Below are positions 21,301 through 32,314 of a stretch of DNA of 64,000 nt, in pieces. The stretch covers positions 11,222,001 through 11,286,000 of the forward strand of contig OZ059897.1 in assembly GCA_964057225.1 (NCBI GenBank), read 5' to 3'. Made by a program: the position numbers and the translations under genes. Source of the stretch: Auanema rhodensis (Eukaryota > Animalia > Nematoda). A model generated the notes under the pieces. That model worked only from the letters and a program-made list of their open reading frames with translations. It did no database searches and was not told the DNA's origin. Each line of letters begins with the position of its first letter. Position 1 is the stretch's first letter.

Positions 21301-22855
21301 ATTCCAGGCAAGTTTTTTAAAATACAAGCATTTTCAAAACTAGTATATTACAGTTGTAAATGAACCACATTAAAGAGAACCAAGTGGGTATTCTGCCCGA
21401 GACTGGTTATTATGCCGGTCAAAAGCAGAGTATAATAGCCATAAAGTATATAAAATGGCTAGAACAAGGATTGGGCCGCCCATAAATGCATAAGCTTAAT
21501 GGTGGTGAATTTGCAGTGAGAGTAGATGGCCATCGCTATCTACTCGATGCTTATGACCCCGTTGCCAATCATGGCTATGAGGTGAGTAATTTGTAATAAA
21601 TGTAAAAAATGTAAATTTTTGTAGATTAATGGTTGTATTTACCATGGTTGTCCCCAGTGCACCAACAAGAGCGCTATAGCACCAGCCAGAAATGGTGAAA
21701 CAATGGAAGAGGTAATTGTGACTTTTTAAATCATTTTAATTTGAAAATATTAGGTTTATGATAAAACCATGAAAAGGCTTGAAGCAATTCAAAGCCAAGG
21801 CATTAGTGTTACCACAGTGTGGGAGCACGAAATTAATGTACAAATTTCGGCCAATGAAGAAATGGCGAAATTTATGCGTGAAACAAATGTAGTTACACGC
21901 TTGGCACCTAGAGATGCCTTTACCGGTGGCCGCACCCAGACATATAAGCTTTTGGCACAAGCTTCGGATAGATACTCGCTCGAGTATGTGGACTTTTGTT
22001 CACTATATCCATATGTCACCGCTTTTGATGCCTACTACCCTGTAGGTAATTCCAAAGTGATTACTGAGGGTTTCAAAAGCTTAGAGGCATGCTGCCCGTA
22101 CAAGGGTCTAGTAAAATGTGACGTGCTTGCACCCACAAATTTGCTGTACCCTGTATTAGGCACACGTATTGGCGGTAAACTAATTTTTACAAACTGCCGC
22201 ACTTGTGCAGTCAAAAGTAAAAATGTAACATGTGAGCACCAAAATGATGTAAATGCTCGAAAACCGCATCTAACTGTGGCACATGTTGAGCTTGAGTGTG
22301 CCATACAACGTGGCTATAAAGTGCTTCATGTGCATCAGGTGTGGCACTGGGAAGAATGGCAACAAGGCGGCCTGTTTAAAGAGTTTGTACAAAAGTACAT
22401 AAAAATTAAACAAGAGGCGTCGGGCTGGCCAAAGCCAAACATGACAGAGCAAGAAAAGGTATGTTTTAATAAAAGTATCACATTAAATAGAATATTACAG
22501 GTGATATATCTCCAAGAACACGAGGAGAACACTGGTGTTGCTCTGGAGAGCAATAAAATTGAAAAGAATGCTGCCATGCGTAGCATTGCCAAACTGCAGC
22601 TAAATAGGTTTGTAAACTTTTTAAAACAATACATTACAAGTTTGCTTATAGTGTCTGGGGTAAAATGGGTCAAAGACCTGATAAAGCCCAAACCAAGATT
22701 ATTGGTGTTGAGGACCCAGAAATTGGTAGGATCATTACTGATCCTGCAAGGGAACTCACTGGGTTCAAAATTGTGGATAATGTTGCGTACTGCACAACAG
22801 TACCAGAGGATTCACACTTGGCACCACCGCCTTTTACAAACCTTTACACCTTTTA
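18312..22855 (+). pseudogene. pPolB: Protein-primed DNA polymerase B, multi-exon, with stops/frameshift and 3' truncation
   Basis: Exo I FYDFET, Exo II AHNGSRFD, KDS, KGQFPY, Exo III YCRTDV, GCIYHGC insert, GGRT, motif A DFCSLYP, motif B AKLQLNS|VWGK restored by splicing. Confidence 0.93.
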
Positions 22856-24130
22856 CTCTGCATAAACAATTGCATATAAGCCCTCTTGCGGCGTTTGTTG
22901 ACCAAATTCCAATTTCAAGGCTACATTACCTTGTCATATAACATCAAATAACTCTGACGAATGCACAGTAGGAGAAAGATCAAATACAAAAAATGTGAAA
23001 CCAGCTTTATACATTGCTGGTGTAATACCATTGGATGAATCTGTACGACCAAGTCCCAAACCTTCCAGCATGTCAATATATGATGTGGCATAGGAAGATC
23101 GCCATTCTAAATTATAAGGACGGGTAGGTATTACCCTATTGTTGAGCGTCAAGTATATATTTTTCAAATCAAACGGTTTAAAGTTGAATGGCGGATGTTT
23201 AAAAGTACCATTATAAGCGTGTGCGCCAACAAGACCTACTACAACACGTTTTGGTGTGTGAGACGTGAATAATATATTATTAGGTGAATCCAAGCGGCCT
23301 CCTTCTATGAAATAAGAGCGCATTTTCACTGATGTCATGGGGTAGTGTATTTGATCCTTTGCGAGTTTATCTTCTATTGCCATAGCTAATCCAGCGTTTA
23401 GATCAAACTCTTGAATGAGCAAATGTACATCGCTGATATCTACTTTCAAATTTGGAAACTCCTCCTTTGATGTAGTATCCTTGTTTTCATTATTCCAGCC
23501 TAGAGTGTCAATTAAAAAGTTATCACGGTTTGGATATGCAGTTAGCTCCATTTTTGAATAGTTTACAAACAGTCGCTCTTGATTAAATAGGTCGATACTG
23601 ACGGGAGCAGCCATCTCACACAATATGCCATTTTTTACAAGCGCTTGACGCGTTCTAAATCCAGCACTGGATGCATTATCTATATATCTATCAGCATAAT
23701 AGCCTGATATGGCAAGTTTGCTCTCTTTAACATCGTTGCTATACATTAAAATATTCTCGATATATGTTTTATAGGCATGATTCACGGTAGAGTCATACAC
23801 GCTAACATCACCAATTTTCAAATGATACGAATGTATTAAACTGGCAGCAAATTGTTGACATGGTGCAAAAACAAGGTTATCTGGTACTGGATCACCGTTT
23901 GTGGTTACAATTTTAAATTTTACATTCAACCAACATCTTCTCAGATTGAGGAATGATTTGGAATTTTGAGCTATAACAAATTCCCATGGTCCTTGAGGAA
24001 GAAACGTATTTTTCAAAGGGACTTGTACAGTACGAGTAGACTCTACACCTAATGCCGACGCTGGTATATCACCATAGTTGATATTAGGTAAAAGGGCTTG
24101 TGCTGATTTTGAATCTATCAATTTAGCCAT
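22855..24130 (-). CDS. Major capsid protein (double jelly-roll, PY), with a nonsense codon at 22934-22936 and a truncated C-terminus
   Basis: PKRVVVGLV...AYNG..K.PPFNF, GFTFFVFDL, GNVALKLEF...LYAIVYAE are typical of Polinton MCP. Confidence 0.9.
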
Positions 24131-24583
24131 ATAAATGTGAAACGACCGCTCACGAGTGATGCACAACCGCTTATGAGGTTTTATGGTTTTGCGTCGTCGC
24201 CGTTTGCCCAAGCCGGTAAGATCTCGTATAGCTTGCCGGCCGGCTGTTTTAAGAGTTTCCTTGATATTATCGTCTTTCAGCACCCCATCGACAATTTCAT
24301 TACCAGTTTTCAGCAACTGTCCGCCAAGAGGTGAACTTACAACTGGACTATTGCTTACAGCACTGGATAAGGCGTTTCTTCCGGCATTGATGAGATTTTG
24401 GGCTATAGGTGATTGAATGATGCGTGGTAGAAATGATGCCAGAGTTGCCAAAATACCACCCAAACCATGACCCCTCTGCATTCCACGTTGAAACATCATT
24501 CCGCTAAATGGGGCGCCACCCATTTGTTGATTTAAAAGTGTTGTCCATTGAATAGAGTTGACATCCAAAAGGAGGTGCGGCAT
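24131..24583 (-). CDS. Basic core protein (QRGHGLGG / adenain-cleavage motif family), in frame with MCP
   Basis: FSGMMFQRGMQRGHGLGGILATLASFL amphipathic segment, LTGLG, KRRRRK. Confidence 0.75.
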
Positions 24584-24634
24584 ATCGAACCGCACGCGCG
24601 CAACACAAAAGTTACACTAGATCATTCTACTAAA

Positions 24635-25090
24635 ATGTATTCGTCTGAAATAGTATCACTATTGCAATCTGTCCCCAGCACTCGGAAACTATTCCTCGGT
24701 GTATACAGCGCTGATACTCTACCCAAAACGCGTCGTAAAAACATTGCACTTGTCGTAAATACTGACACACTTGATAAGCCAGGCACACATTGGCAGGTCA
24801 TCTTTGTCCGTAACAAGCAAGCCTATTTTTTCTGTAGCTTGGGATATGAAATGAACAAGTACATTCAAAATTATCTGGCCAAATATAAAAAGGTAAAAAT
24901 AAATACTTGCAAACCACAACGTTTAATTAAATACACTTGTGGTGGCTATGTGGTATTTGTAATACTAATGTTGTCGGCTGGTAATTCATTTGAAAGCATT
25001 TGTTCATTTTTTAAACTATTGAAAAATGATGATGTCTTTATTAAAGCGTTTATGCATAAAGTATTCGACTATAAATTGGCTACTATATAA
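24635..25090 (+). CDS. Adenain-like cysteine protease
   Basis: FLGVYSAD, VVNTD...GTHW, Q...TCGGY catalytic His/Cys motifs. Confidence 0.92.
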   Translation: MYSSEIVSLLQSVPSTRKLFLGVYSADTLPKTRRKNIALVVNTDTLDKPGTHWQVIFVRNKQAYFFCSLGYEMNKYIQNYLAKYKKVKINTCKPQRLIKYTCGGYVVFVILMLSAGNSFESICSFFKLLKNDDVFIKAFMHKVFDYKLATI

Positions 25091-25131
25091 GAAATTTGTC
25101 ATTAATAACCTGCTACATTACGTGGTCAGTT

Positions 25132-25302
25132 ATGAATATTCCTTGTCACGGTGAATTATGTGTCAAATACACGTTGGAGCAATCTAAACCAGCGCCTTTA
25201 TACAGGAGAATGTTGAAATGTATTTCAGTGCCATTTATTAAAGGTATAGCATTGGGATTGGGCTTTTGTACAACACTAGTCATATTATTGCTCATTATAT
25301 AA
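25132..25302 (+). CDS. Small predicted membrane protein
   Basis: C-terminal hydrophobic helix PFIKGIALGLGFCTTLVILLLII; open in all four copies. Confidence 0.5.
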   Translation: MNIPCHGELCVKYTLEQSKPAPLYRRMLKCISVPFIKGIALGLGFCTTLVILLLII

Positions 25303-25343
25303 AAGTGGGTTGATTGCGTGTGGTCGTTTTTCATTTTCCTCTA

Positions 25344-25808
25344 ATGGAACTTTTATGTAACAAATATTGTGGTACATGCAAGGAAATATTTTCTTCAACC
25401 AAGCATTTTAGTGATCACGTTTTGAAAAGGCATGCAGGGATTCAACCCGTATGTAACAATCATATCAGCAATGCTGACTTTATTCAAAAATATGGACATT
25501 TGGATGGTGTTCGTAGACGTTTGTGCCCTCATTATAGTGCAACTTTTGGAACAAGATTCAATTGTGAGCGTCATATTCGGCGTATTCATAATAATAATGG
25601 AACGAATGGTGAAGATGGTGATGGAAATGATATCAGCAAACCCTTTGAAAAAGCTGAGGAGTTTGTACATTCAACCCAATCAAAAAGATGCCGCAGCAAT
25701 AGTGACGGAGAACATTCACAACACGAGCCGAGCGACAAACAAAACTGCCCTAAACTATCTTTTAAACCTTCGAAAATAAAAATGTGGTATTGTATAACTG
25801 TTGAATAA
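25344..25808 (+). CDS. Two-C2H2 zinc-finger protein
   Basis: CGTC...H...H and CPHC...F..RFNCERHIRRIH (second Cys pair mutated in this copy, intact in the others). Confidence 0.8.
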   Translation: MELLCNKYCGTCKEIFSSTKHFSDHVLKRHAGIQPVCNNHISNADFIQKYGHLDGVRRRLCPHYSATFGTRFNCERHIRRIHNNNGTNGEDGDGNDISKPFEKAEEFVHSTQSKRCRSNSDGEHSQHEPSDKQNCPKLSFKPSKIKMWYCITVE

Positions 25809-25813
25809 AACGT

Positions 25814-26674
25814 TTATTTCATATTTTTAACATGCAATGTAACAACTGTAGAACCATAATTAAATTGCATAGGACGACCAAATTCATCTAAAATTTCAAT
25901 ACGTATGGTATCGAGTGTTTGTCTAGTGATTGGTACATAACGAATAGGATTAAATGTTTTGGCAATCATTTTACCAAATTCAGTAGGAAGTGGTACAGGT
26001 AAACATGCAAGTAAATTAGCTTTCACATTACCAAGAATGGAATATTCTACAATATTCTACAATATCACAATATATATACATTGTATTAATGTTATTTGAA
26101 AAATCAATGGGACGCCTGGCTATTATTGTATCGTTCATGTTTTTATTTTCAAAACCAAGAAAATATGCAAAATCATCACCAAGCGTTGCATTCATTAATA
26201 GTCGCTTGCTTGTTACAAACTCTATGCGCTGCAATGTTTTGTTAAACTGAAATGTGGCATCTGCGAGCATTTCCTCCACTAGCTTAGCCTCAGCCTGGCG
26301 ATTATTATACCATTTTTTTACATCTTCATCTTTATCTATTAAACTTTTTATACGTGCTTCTTCCTCAGCTCCAAGAGGCTTTGTATTGTTGGCGATAAAT
26401 GATTCCCTTCCAGCATTGATTCCGCGTATTATTTCATCACCATTTGCATAGTTGCCTTTAGGCAAGTGCAGAATAAACTTTCTATTGGAAAAACGTAGTG
26501 TATAAGATAAATCTTTTTGAACATTGAACAAGGAAAAATGATGTCTGTCAGCCCAATGCAATACCTATTATTGCGTATCCTTAGTGTTTCAGGTAATCTG
26601 GTAAGAAACACTGATGATGTATTACTTTTTTCAGAGTCAACTGATGATGGAAGAGTAATGTAAAAATCATCCAT
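25814..26674 (-). pseudogene. Minor capsid/penton-like protein (PX), frameshifted in this copy
   Basis: MDDFYITLPS start, YIYCDIVE..I.G, LL..P, YVP, IRIEILDEFG, TLH end. Confidence 0.88.
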
Positions 26675-26753
26675 GACAAACCACCACTTGATACGTGTAC
26701 ACTACTGCAAATGAAATCATTTGCATTTTAGGTACATTTACGAGTGGTTGATT

Positions 26754-27401
26754 ATGGTTTTCAGCTTCAAACTACCCAGTCAGACAACAGTAATAGGTGC
26801 TACCCAATGCGGTAAAACAACCCTCATAAAGCACATATGTGAAAATACTGAAAAGTTTTTCAACGTCCCCATTGATAGAATATTCTGGTTCAGTCAATGT
26901 GGGTCATCGTCAGGTGTACCAATAAATGATGAGCGTTTAATAATTATTCAAGGGCCGCCTGATCCTGATTTGATAAAAGAACAAAAGGGAGTAAATACTA
27001 TACTAGTGCTGGATGATTTGATGAACTTTTTTTCATCGAATAAAGCAGCAAAGAAATTATTCAACAATATTTTTACAGTATGGGCTCATCACTGGAACTT
27101 GGCAGTGTTTAATCTTGTGCAAGCGGCATTTCAACTGGACAGGACCAGTCGGGTCAATAGTACATATATAATACTGATGAAAAGTCATTCAGATATATTA
27201 CAAATACGTAATTGTCTGCAGCAATTATTTGGGCCACGTTTCAAAAATGCTCTAGAGGCGTATGATGATGCAATGTCTACTCCCTATAGTCATTTACTGA
27301 TTGACAATCATCCTTTAACAAGTGAGAAGCAGCATATACTATCTTATATAACAGCGGAGAACCCTATTGTTTATGTTGCCAGAAATGTGTTTAGTGTTTA
27401 A
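26754..27401 (+). CDS. A32/FtsK-like DNA packaging ATPase
   Basis: Walker A GATQCGKTT, Walker B LVLDDL, HH..L, R.N..Y, PYSHLLID. Confidence 0.92.
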   Translation: MVFSFKLPSQTTVIGATQCGKTTLIKHICENTEKFFNVPIDRIFWFSQCGSSSGVPINDERLIIIQGPPDPDLIKEQKGVNTILVLDDLMNFFSSNKAAKKLFNNIFTVWAHHWNLAVFNLVQAAFQLDRTSRVNSTYIILMKSHSDILQIRNCLQQLFGPRFKNALEAYDDAMSTPYSHLLIDNHPLTSEKQHILSYITAENPIVYVARNVFSV

Positions 27402-27413
27402 AGTGCTTGTTCA

Positions 27414-27722
27414 ATGAGTGGTCGTATTTTGTCAAATTTCAACTTTTTGTCTTCTTGCGCCAAAACTCCTTGTTCTGTTCCCTCATTTTCTTTTGCACAA
27501 ATTGAAATTATTGTTGAAATTGTATTTAATATTGTGAAAAATAATAATTTTCTTTTAACTAACAAGGAATATAAAACCCTCTTGCCCATATCTTCATTAT
27601 TACGTCAAATAGCTTTGATACGCACACCAGAAAAGGCTAAATCATTATTGGCAACGCTTTCACACAAACAATTGAAAACAATAGTTACATGTGGTATTGC
27701 CTATTTTGGTTTTAAATCATGA
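27414..27722 (+). CDS. Conserved small Maverick protein (uncharacterised)
   Basis: IVEIVFNIVKNN...LT segment; located between ATPase and the next ORF; conserved in three copies. Confidence 0.7.
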   Translation: MSGRILSNFNFLSSCAKTPCSVPSFSFAQIEIIVEIVFNIVKNNNFLLTNKEYKTLLPISSLLRQIALIRTPEKAKSLLATLSHKQLKTIVTCGIAYFGFKS

Positions 27723-28435
27723 AGCTCAACCATAAATATCGACTAATTCCTGTCGACGAGGAAACAATTAATATAGACAAGTTTGATGCAGAGCTCAAGC
27801 TTTTACGAGAAAATAAAGCTATACCCGACTATAAAAAGGCTGAACTATACGAAGACTTGATTGCTCGTCTCAAAAACTACAGAGAAAGTATAGATGCGCC
27901 CATATCAGTACAAGTGGAAAATGCTGATCCACCTCTATTGCCAGAATACAAGTTGCCAAGAAAGTATAACAATTTGTGGGAGAAATTTCCAGAGGTGCGC
28001 ACAAACAAGAATAACCAACTTGTGATTAATAATGAGGCTGTACCAAACACCAATATTACAAAAATTTTAGATTTTGTATTGGATAAAACAAAAACGGAGC
28101 CCAATGGATTTTCAGTCTTGTCAAAGTTTTTAGCCAGTAAAGGCGTATCTAGTTCTAACAAGAAACAAACTAGAAGAGAGTCGCCTGACAATGATTCAGT
28201 TGACGTTGTAACTAGAGCTGAACCGGCTGTTACAGACTTGGACTCTACTATATTACCTAGAACGCCTCGTCATCGTAAAGCTGTTATTCGATATTCACCA
28301 TCACCGGTTCGTACACTCAAAAGTAAAAGGTCAAAGACTTTTGATACTGCCGCCGAATCATATTACACACCACAAGAAGGAGACTCACAGAATGGCCAAG
28401 GTCGTAAAAGGTTCTACATTCGATTATGGAAATGA
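27719..28435 (+). CDS. Conserved Maverick structural/core-type protein (uncharacterised)
   Basis: KYRLIP start, QLVINNEAVPNTNI, C-terminal QNGQG...W cleavage-type motif; ATGA overlap with upstream ORF. Confidence 0.75.
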   Translation: MKLNHKYRLIPVDEETINIDKFDAELKLLRENKAIPDYKKAELYEDLIARLKNYRESIDAPISVQVENADPPLLPEYKLPRKYNNLWEKFPEVRTNKNNQLVINNEAVPNTNITKILDFVLDKTKTEPNGFSVLSKFLASKGVSSSNKKQTRRESPDNDSVDVVTRAEPAVTDLDSTILPRTPRHRKAVIRYSPSPVRTLKSKRSKTFDTAAESYYTPQEGDSQNGQGRKRFYIRLWK

Positions 28436-29459
28436 TATTTTGGCGAGCATTTATTACGATATAAAACATCCAGCTTCATATACATCAGCCAAGAATTTAT
28501 TATCGCAAGCACGAAAACATGGCATTTCAAAGGTACAAGTCGATGATTTTTTGCAGGATTCTGAAACTTTTACACGGCATAAACCAACCAGAATGCGTAT
28601 GCAGACTAGAAAGACTAGAGGATGTGGTCGATTTCTAACAGTGCAAGCAGATTTGGTTGATATGCAAAAATATAAAAAATTAAACGACGGCTATGCTTAC
28701 ATGTTGACCATGATTGATGTTTATACACGCATGTTATATGTTAGGCCTTTGAAAACTAAAGGTGGTATAGAGGTTGCTAGTGCATTTGAAAATTTATTCA
28801 AGAATTTTATACCAATTCAGTTGATTACTGATAATGGCACAGAGTTTTATAATAGTCATTGTGAAAAACTATTCAAAAAGTTTGCCATACTGCACGGATC
28901 TACAAGTTCACCACAAAAGGCTGCAATGGTGGAGCGAGCAAATAGAACTTTAAAAACACGCATGATGAAATATCTCTATTACAAGAATAATCATCGTTGG
29001 ATTGATATCCTAGATGATTTGGTTGAAGGAATAAACAAATCTTATAACCGCTCCATAAAAATGCGGCCCATTGATGTTAAAGCAAATATATTCATTGAAG
29101 AATATGCACCAGCTGTTAAAAGCCGCTTTAAAATTGGTGATACTGTTCGCATAAGCAAAAATAGGCGTACTTTTGAAAAAAGCTACGAGTCTGGATATAC
29201 AATGGAGCTATTCACAATTGATGTGGTTGTAACCGGAAACCCAACCGTGTATAAACTTGTAGATTATAATGGTGAACGTATAAAGGGAATATTTTACGAA
29301 CCTGAACTTGTCTTGGCTACTAATAAAAGCAACCAGTACTATATAGAAAAAGTTTTAAAAGAGCGTACTCGAAGCGGTAAACGTCAAGTATTTGTAAAAT
29401 GGAGTGGATATCCCGACAACTTTAATGAATGGATAGATGCAGAAAATTTAAATGTATAA
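28390..29459 (+). CDS. Retroviral-like (c-)integrase with C-terminal chromodomain
   Basis: QADLVDM, IDVYTR, TDNGTEF, KAAMVERANRTLK, VFVKWSGYPD.FNEWI. Confidence 0.96.
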
Positions 29460-29751
29460 CTTTTCAATGTTATAAACAATTGTAATTATAATAAATGATC
29501 TATTTGATATATCGTATAATGTAACAATAAAAAACCAGCAAAATACAAACAACAATTCAACATGCAAAAAAAAAATGTAGACTATTCAAATTTTCAAATT
29601 CTTACCAGTTGGTTGATCATTCGTCCTCAATTGTTGAGCCATTGATGGATATTCGCAAGGGCTGGAAAAAAATGTTACGGCTGAGAATATAAAAATACCA
29701 CATAACAAAACAAGAATAAAACGCCAATTGTACTATTTGTGCTTGTTGTAG

Positions 29752-30336
29752 TCAAAATGAAGGATCAAAGCGGATAAACATGTTCAGGTTGAGTGCTTCT
29801 GGACTTATTTTAAAGTAGAATACATTCTGTTTATAACCAAAAGTCTTTACAGTAGCCTCATCTGCATATATAACAATATAGCCCATATTGTTCAACAATT
29901 GTTTGCACGGCATGGTGTTATAAGAGCGCATCGAAAAAATGATAAAATTGAAAATAAATAAATATGCAAGCTTACATTAATAGAGAAATTTTCGGGCTTA
30001 TAGTGACAAAATTCCTTCAAAAGACCCAACGCATCATTCCTTCCTCTACACTTTATACAGAGGCTGAAACAGTGATACTCGTCTATAACCTGCAATGATT
30101 CCCTACAAGTTTTGCAGAGACAAATTGGTCTCATTAATACACTCCTTGGTGGAGTGCTCTCTCTCAGAATTTCCATCTGCTTTATTGGTGAATCTAAATT
30201 AAAGATTTAAAAAATACAAGTTATGGTTCATACCAAAACTTGTAAAATTTGGAGCTGGTGTGGGTGGTCGTGGTATTTCAGGTTCAGGCGATTTGCGCAC
30301 AACATTTGTCACATCAGCAAGTACAGCACGCTTCAT
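29752..30336 (-). CDS. Spliced Maverick accessory gene: D-box + CDK sites + Cys-rich zinc-binding domain
   Basis: Three exons reconstructed by hand; protein conserved with the diverged copy at 57003-57596. Confidence 0.7.
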
Positions 30337-30960
30337 TTCCGCTAAAGATCCAACTTTCTAAAATATAAGGCAAACTTGCAGAGAGGAGCAGTCTATGGCG
30401 ATTGACGAAGAGTAGCAGAAGATGGTGAAACGTCGGATCCTCGGATAGTTGGCAGAGCTGAAATGTAAATGTAGCAAAATTGCCAACCTTTTATACAAAG
30501 ATTTTTGTAAAGTACAACCCATTGTGTTACAATCAAGTTTGCTGATGAAATTCTTTTATTAATTAGATTTTACAGCATATTTATGCAGATATGCTCATCT
30601 CATCGACAGTTGCCAGCAGTTCGCGCACTCTGAACCTGTAAACAATCTGCATATTAATTAGTTTTTACATCTCTTTAAACATTATTGTTTACCGTTTGTG
30701 CCATAAACAACAGCCATCTCTGTAAAACATTTACGCTTTTTAAACTTTGCTTAATAGCTCATATATTATTCATAGTATACCTTTAAACCCATATTGTAGC
30801 ACAAAACATATGAGTGCCAACGTTTTATATGTGAAAAATATTTCATTCTTGAATATTTACTAATGATTATATTACGAAACTAAAACTTTTGAAATGTTAA
30901 AATGATTATACTATATTTGAACCCCCACAGTGCAGTTATTAGTGTTTATTAACCATCGAT

Positions 30961-31808
30961 ATGCGTGGCGTTGAAGTCAGCGCAACTGTTTGTTAATCTT
31001 ATTGTATTTACCTTCAATGTGTGCTCTAGTTAGTTATTGTATTGTTATATTAGTAAAATAAAGTTTAAAACTAATCCTTTATTATAATTTGAAACCTTTA
31101 CTTGTTAGAATAAATATAATTAATAACAATTCACAATTTCAAAAATTAATAATTTAATGTCGTTCTTATCGAATTAACCTTCGATATGTGTTCCATTAAA
31201 TTTTGGTATTTCATATCGTTCTTATCGAATTAACCTTCGATATGTGTTCCATTAAATTTTGGTATTTCATATCGTTCTTATCGAATTAACTTTCGATATG
31301 TGTTCCATTGAATTACCCATAACAAGTACGGTGAACAAAACGATATACATGCAAAAATTTTATTGTTCTTTAAAATACAAATAAAATAGTACAAACACAA
31401 TACAATAAAAAATAATCAAAATAAGTAAACAAACATTATTAATAAATATAATAAATAAATAAAATTTAAAAACAAATTTATATATTTAAAATTTAAATAT
31501 TTAAAATTTATTATTTTTATTTTTACTTAATATATTTAAAAATAATTAAAAACATATACATACATTTGAAAAAAACAAATTTAAAATTAAAAAAAAAAAT
31601 CATGCTTTAAATCATGATTTTTAAATTTAAAAAAGGAGAATCCATGAACCATGATCCCAAAATATGATTTTAACAGCTGACGCTCAAAAATATGTTTTTG
31701 ACAGCTGACGCGCCCCAAAAGTATGTTTTTAGCAGCTGACGCCCCCAAAAGTATGTTTTTGACAGCTGTTTGGGGGCGTGGTTAGTAAATTTTGCACGGC
31801 TCTCTACT
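30961..31808 (-). repeat. Right terminal inverted repeat (~850 bp)
   Basis: Matches the left-arm TIR copy at ~47891-48715 and the reverse complement of 17629-18311. Confidence 0.9.
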
Positions 31809-31814
31809 AGGAAC

Positions 31815-32314
31815 CATAGCTAAGAAGGCACTAACAGCAAAAAAAATTTTGATTACTGTATGGTGGACTACACACGGAATTGTTCACGTAGATTATTTGC
31901 GAAAAGGGAGAACTATCGATAGAACAGCATATTGTGCTCAAATAGACATAGTTCATGAGAAACTCATCAAACTTCGCCCTGCTTTAGTCAACAGGAAAGG
32001 AGTTCTACTGCTTCAGGACAACGCAAGGCCTCACATTGCAATTGAGACTTGGAACAAGATAAAAAGCGTTGGATCGAGTCTTTTACCACACCCACCTTAC
32101 AGCCCAGATCTTTCACCCACTGACTATCACTTGTTTCTTTCTCTTTCTAACTTTTTATGTAACAAAACTTTTTCAAATGAAATCGAGCTCAAAAAATGAA
32201 CTCAACACATTTTTGGCCTTTAAAACCCTAGACTTTTTTTCACGTGGAATGAATAATCTTGTAGAACGTTGGGAAAAAACAATAAAGTGTAATGGTGACT
32301 ATTTTGTAGAATAA
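31815..32314 (+). pseudogene. Mariner DD34D transposase, 3' half
   Basis: LLQDNARPH, HPPYSPDLSPTDYHLF, NGDYF. Confidence 0.92.

Larger units (their letters stand above)
17629..31808 (+). mobile_element. Maverick/Polinton, 14,180 bp, with both TIRs and a 6-bp TSD AGGAAC
   Basis: Termini AGTAGAGAGCC...GGCTCTCTACT; AGGAAC at 17623-17628 and 31809-31814; carries pPolB, MCP, protease, mCP, ATPase and integrase. Confidence 0.97.

Noticed and set aside
25432-25779. Overlapping 115-aa hydrophobic ORF and antisense ORFs present in all copies
   Set aside because: The copies are too similar for persistence to show selection; these are alternative frames of the ZnF gene
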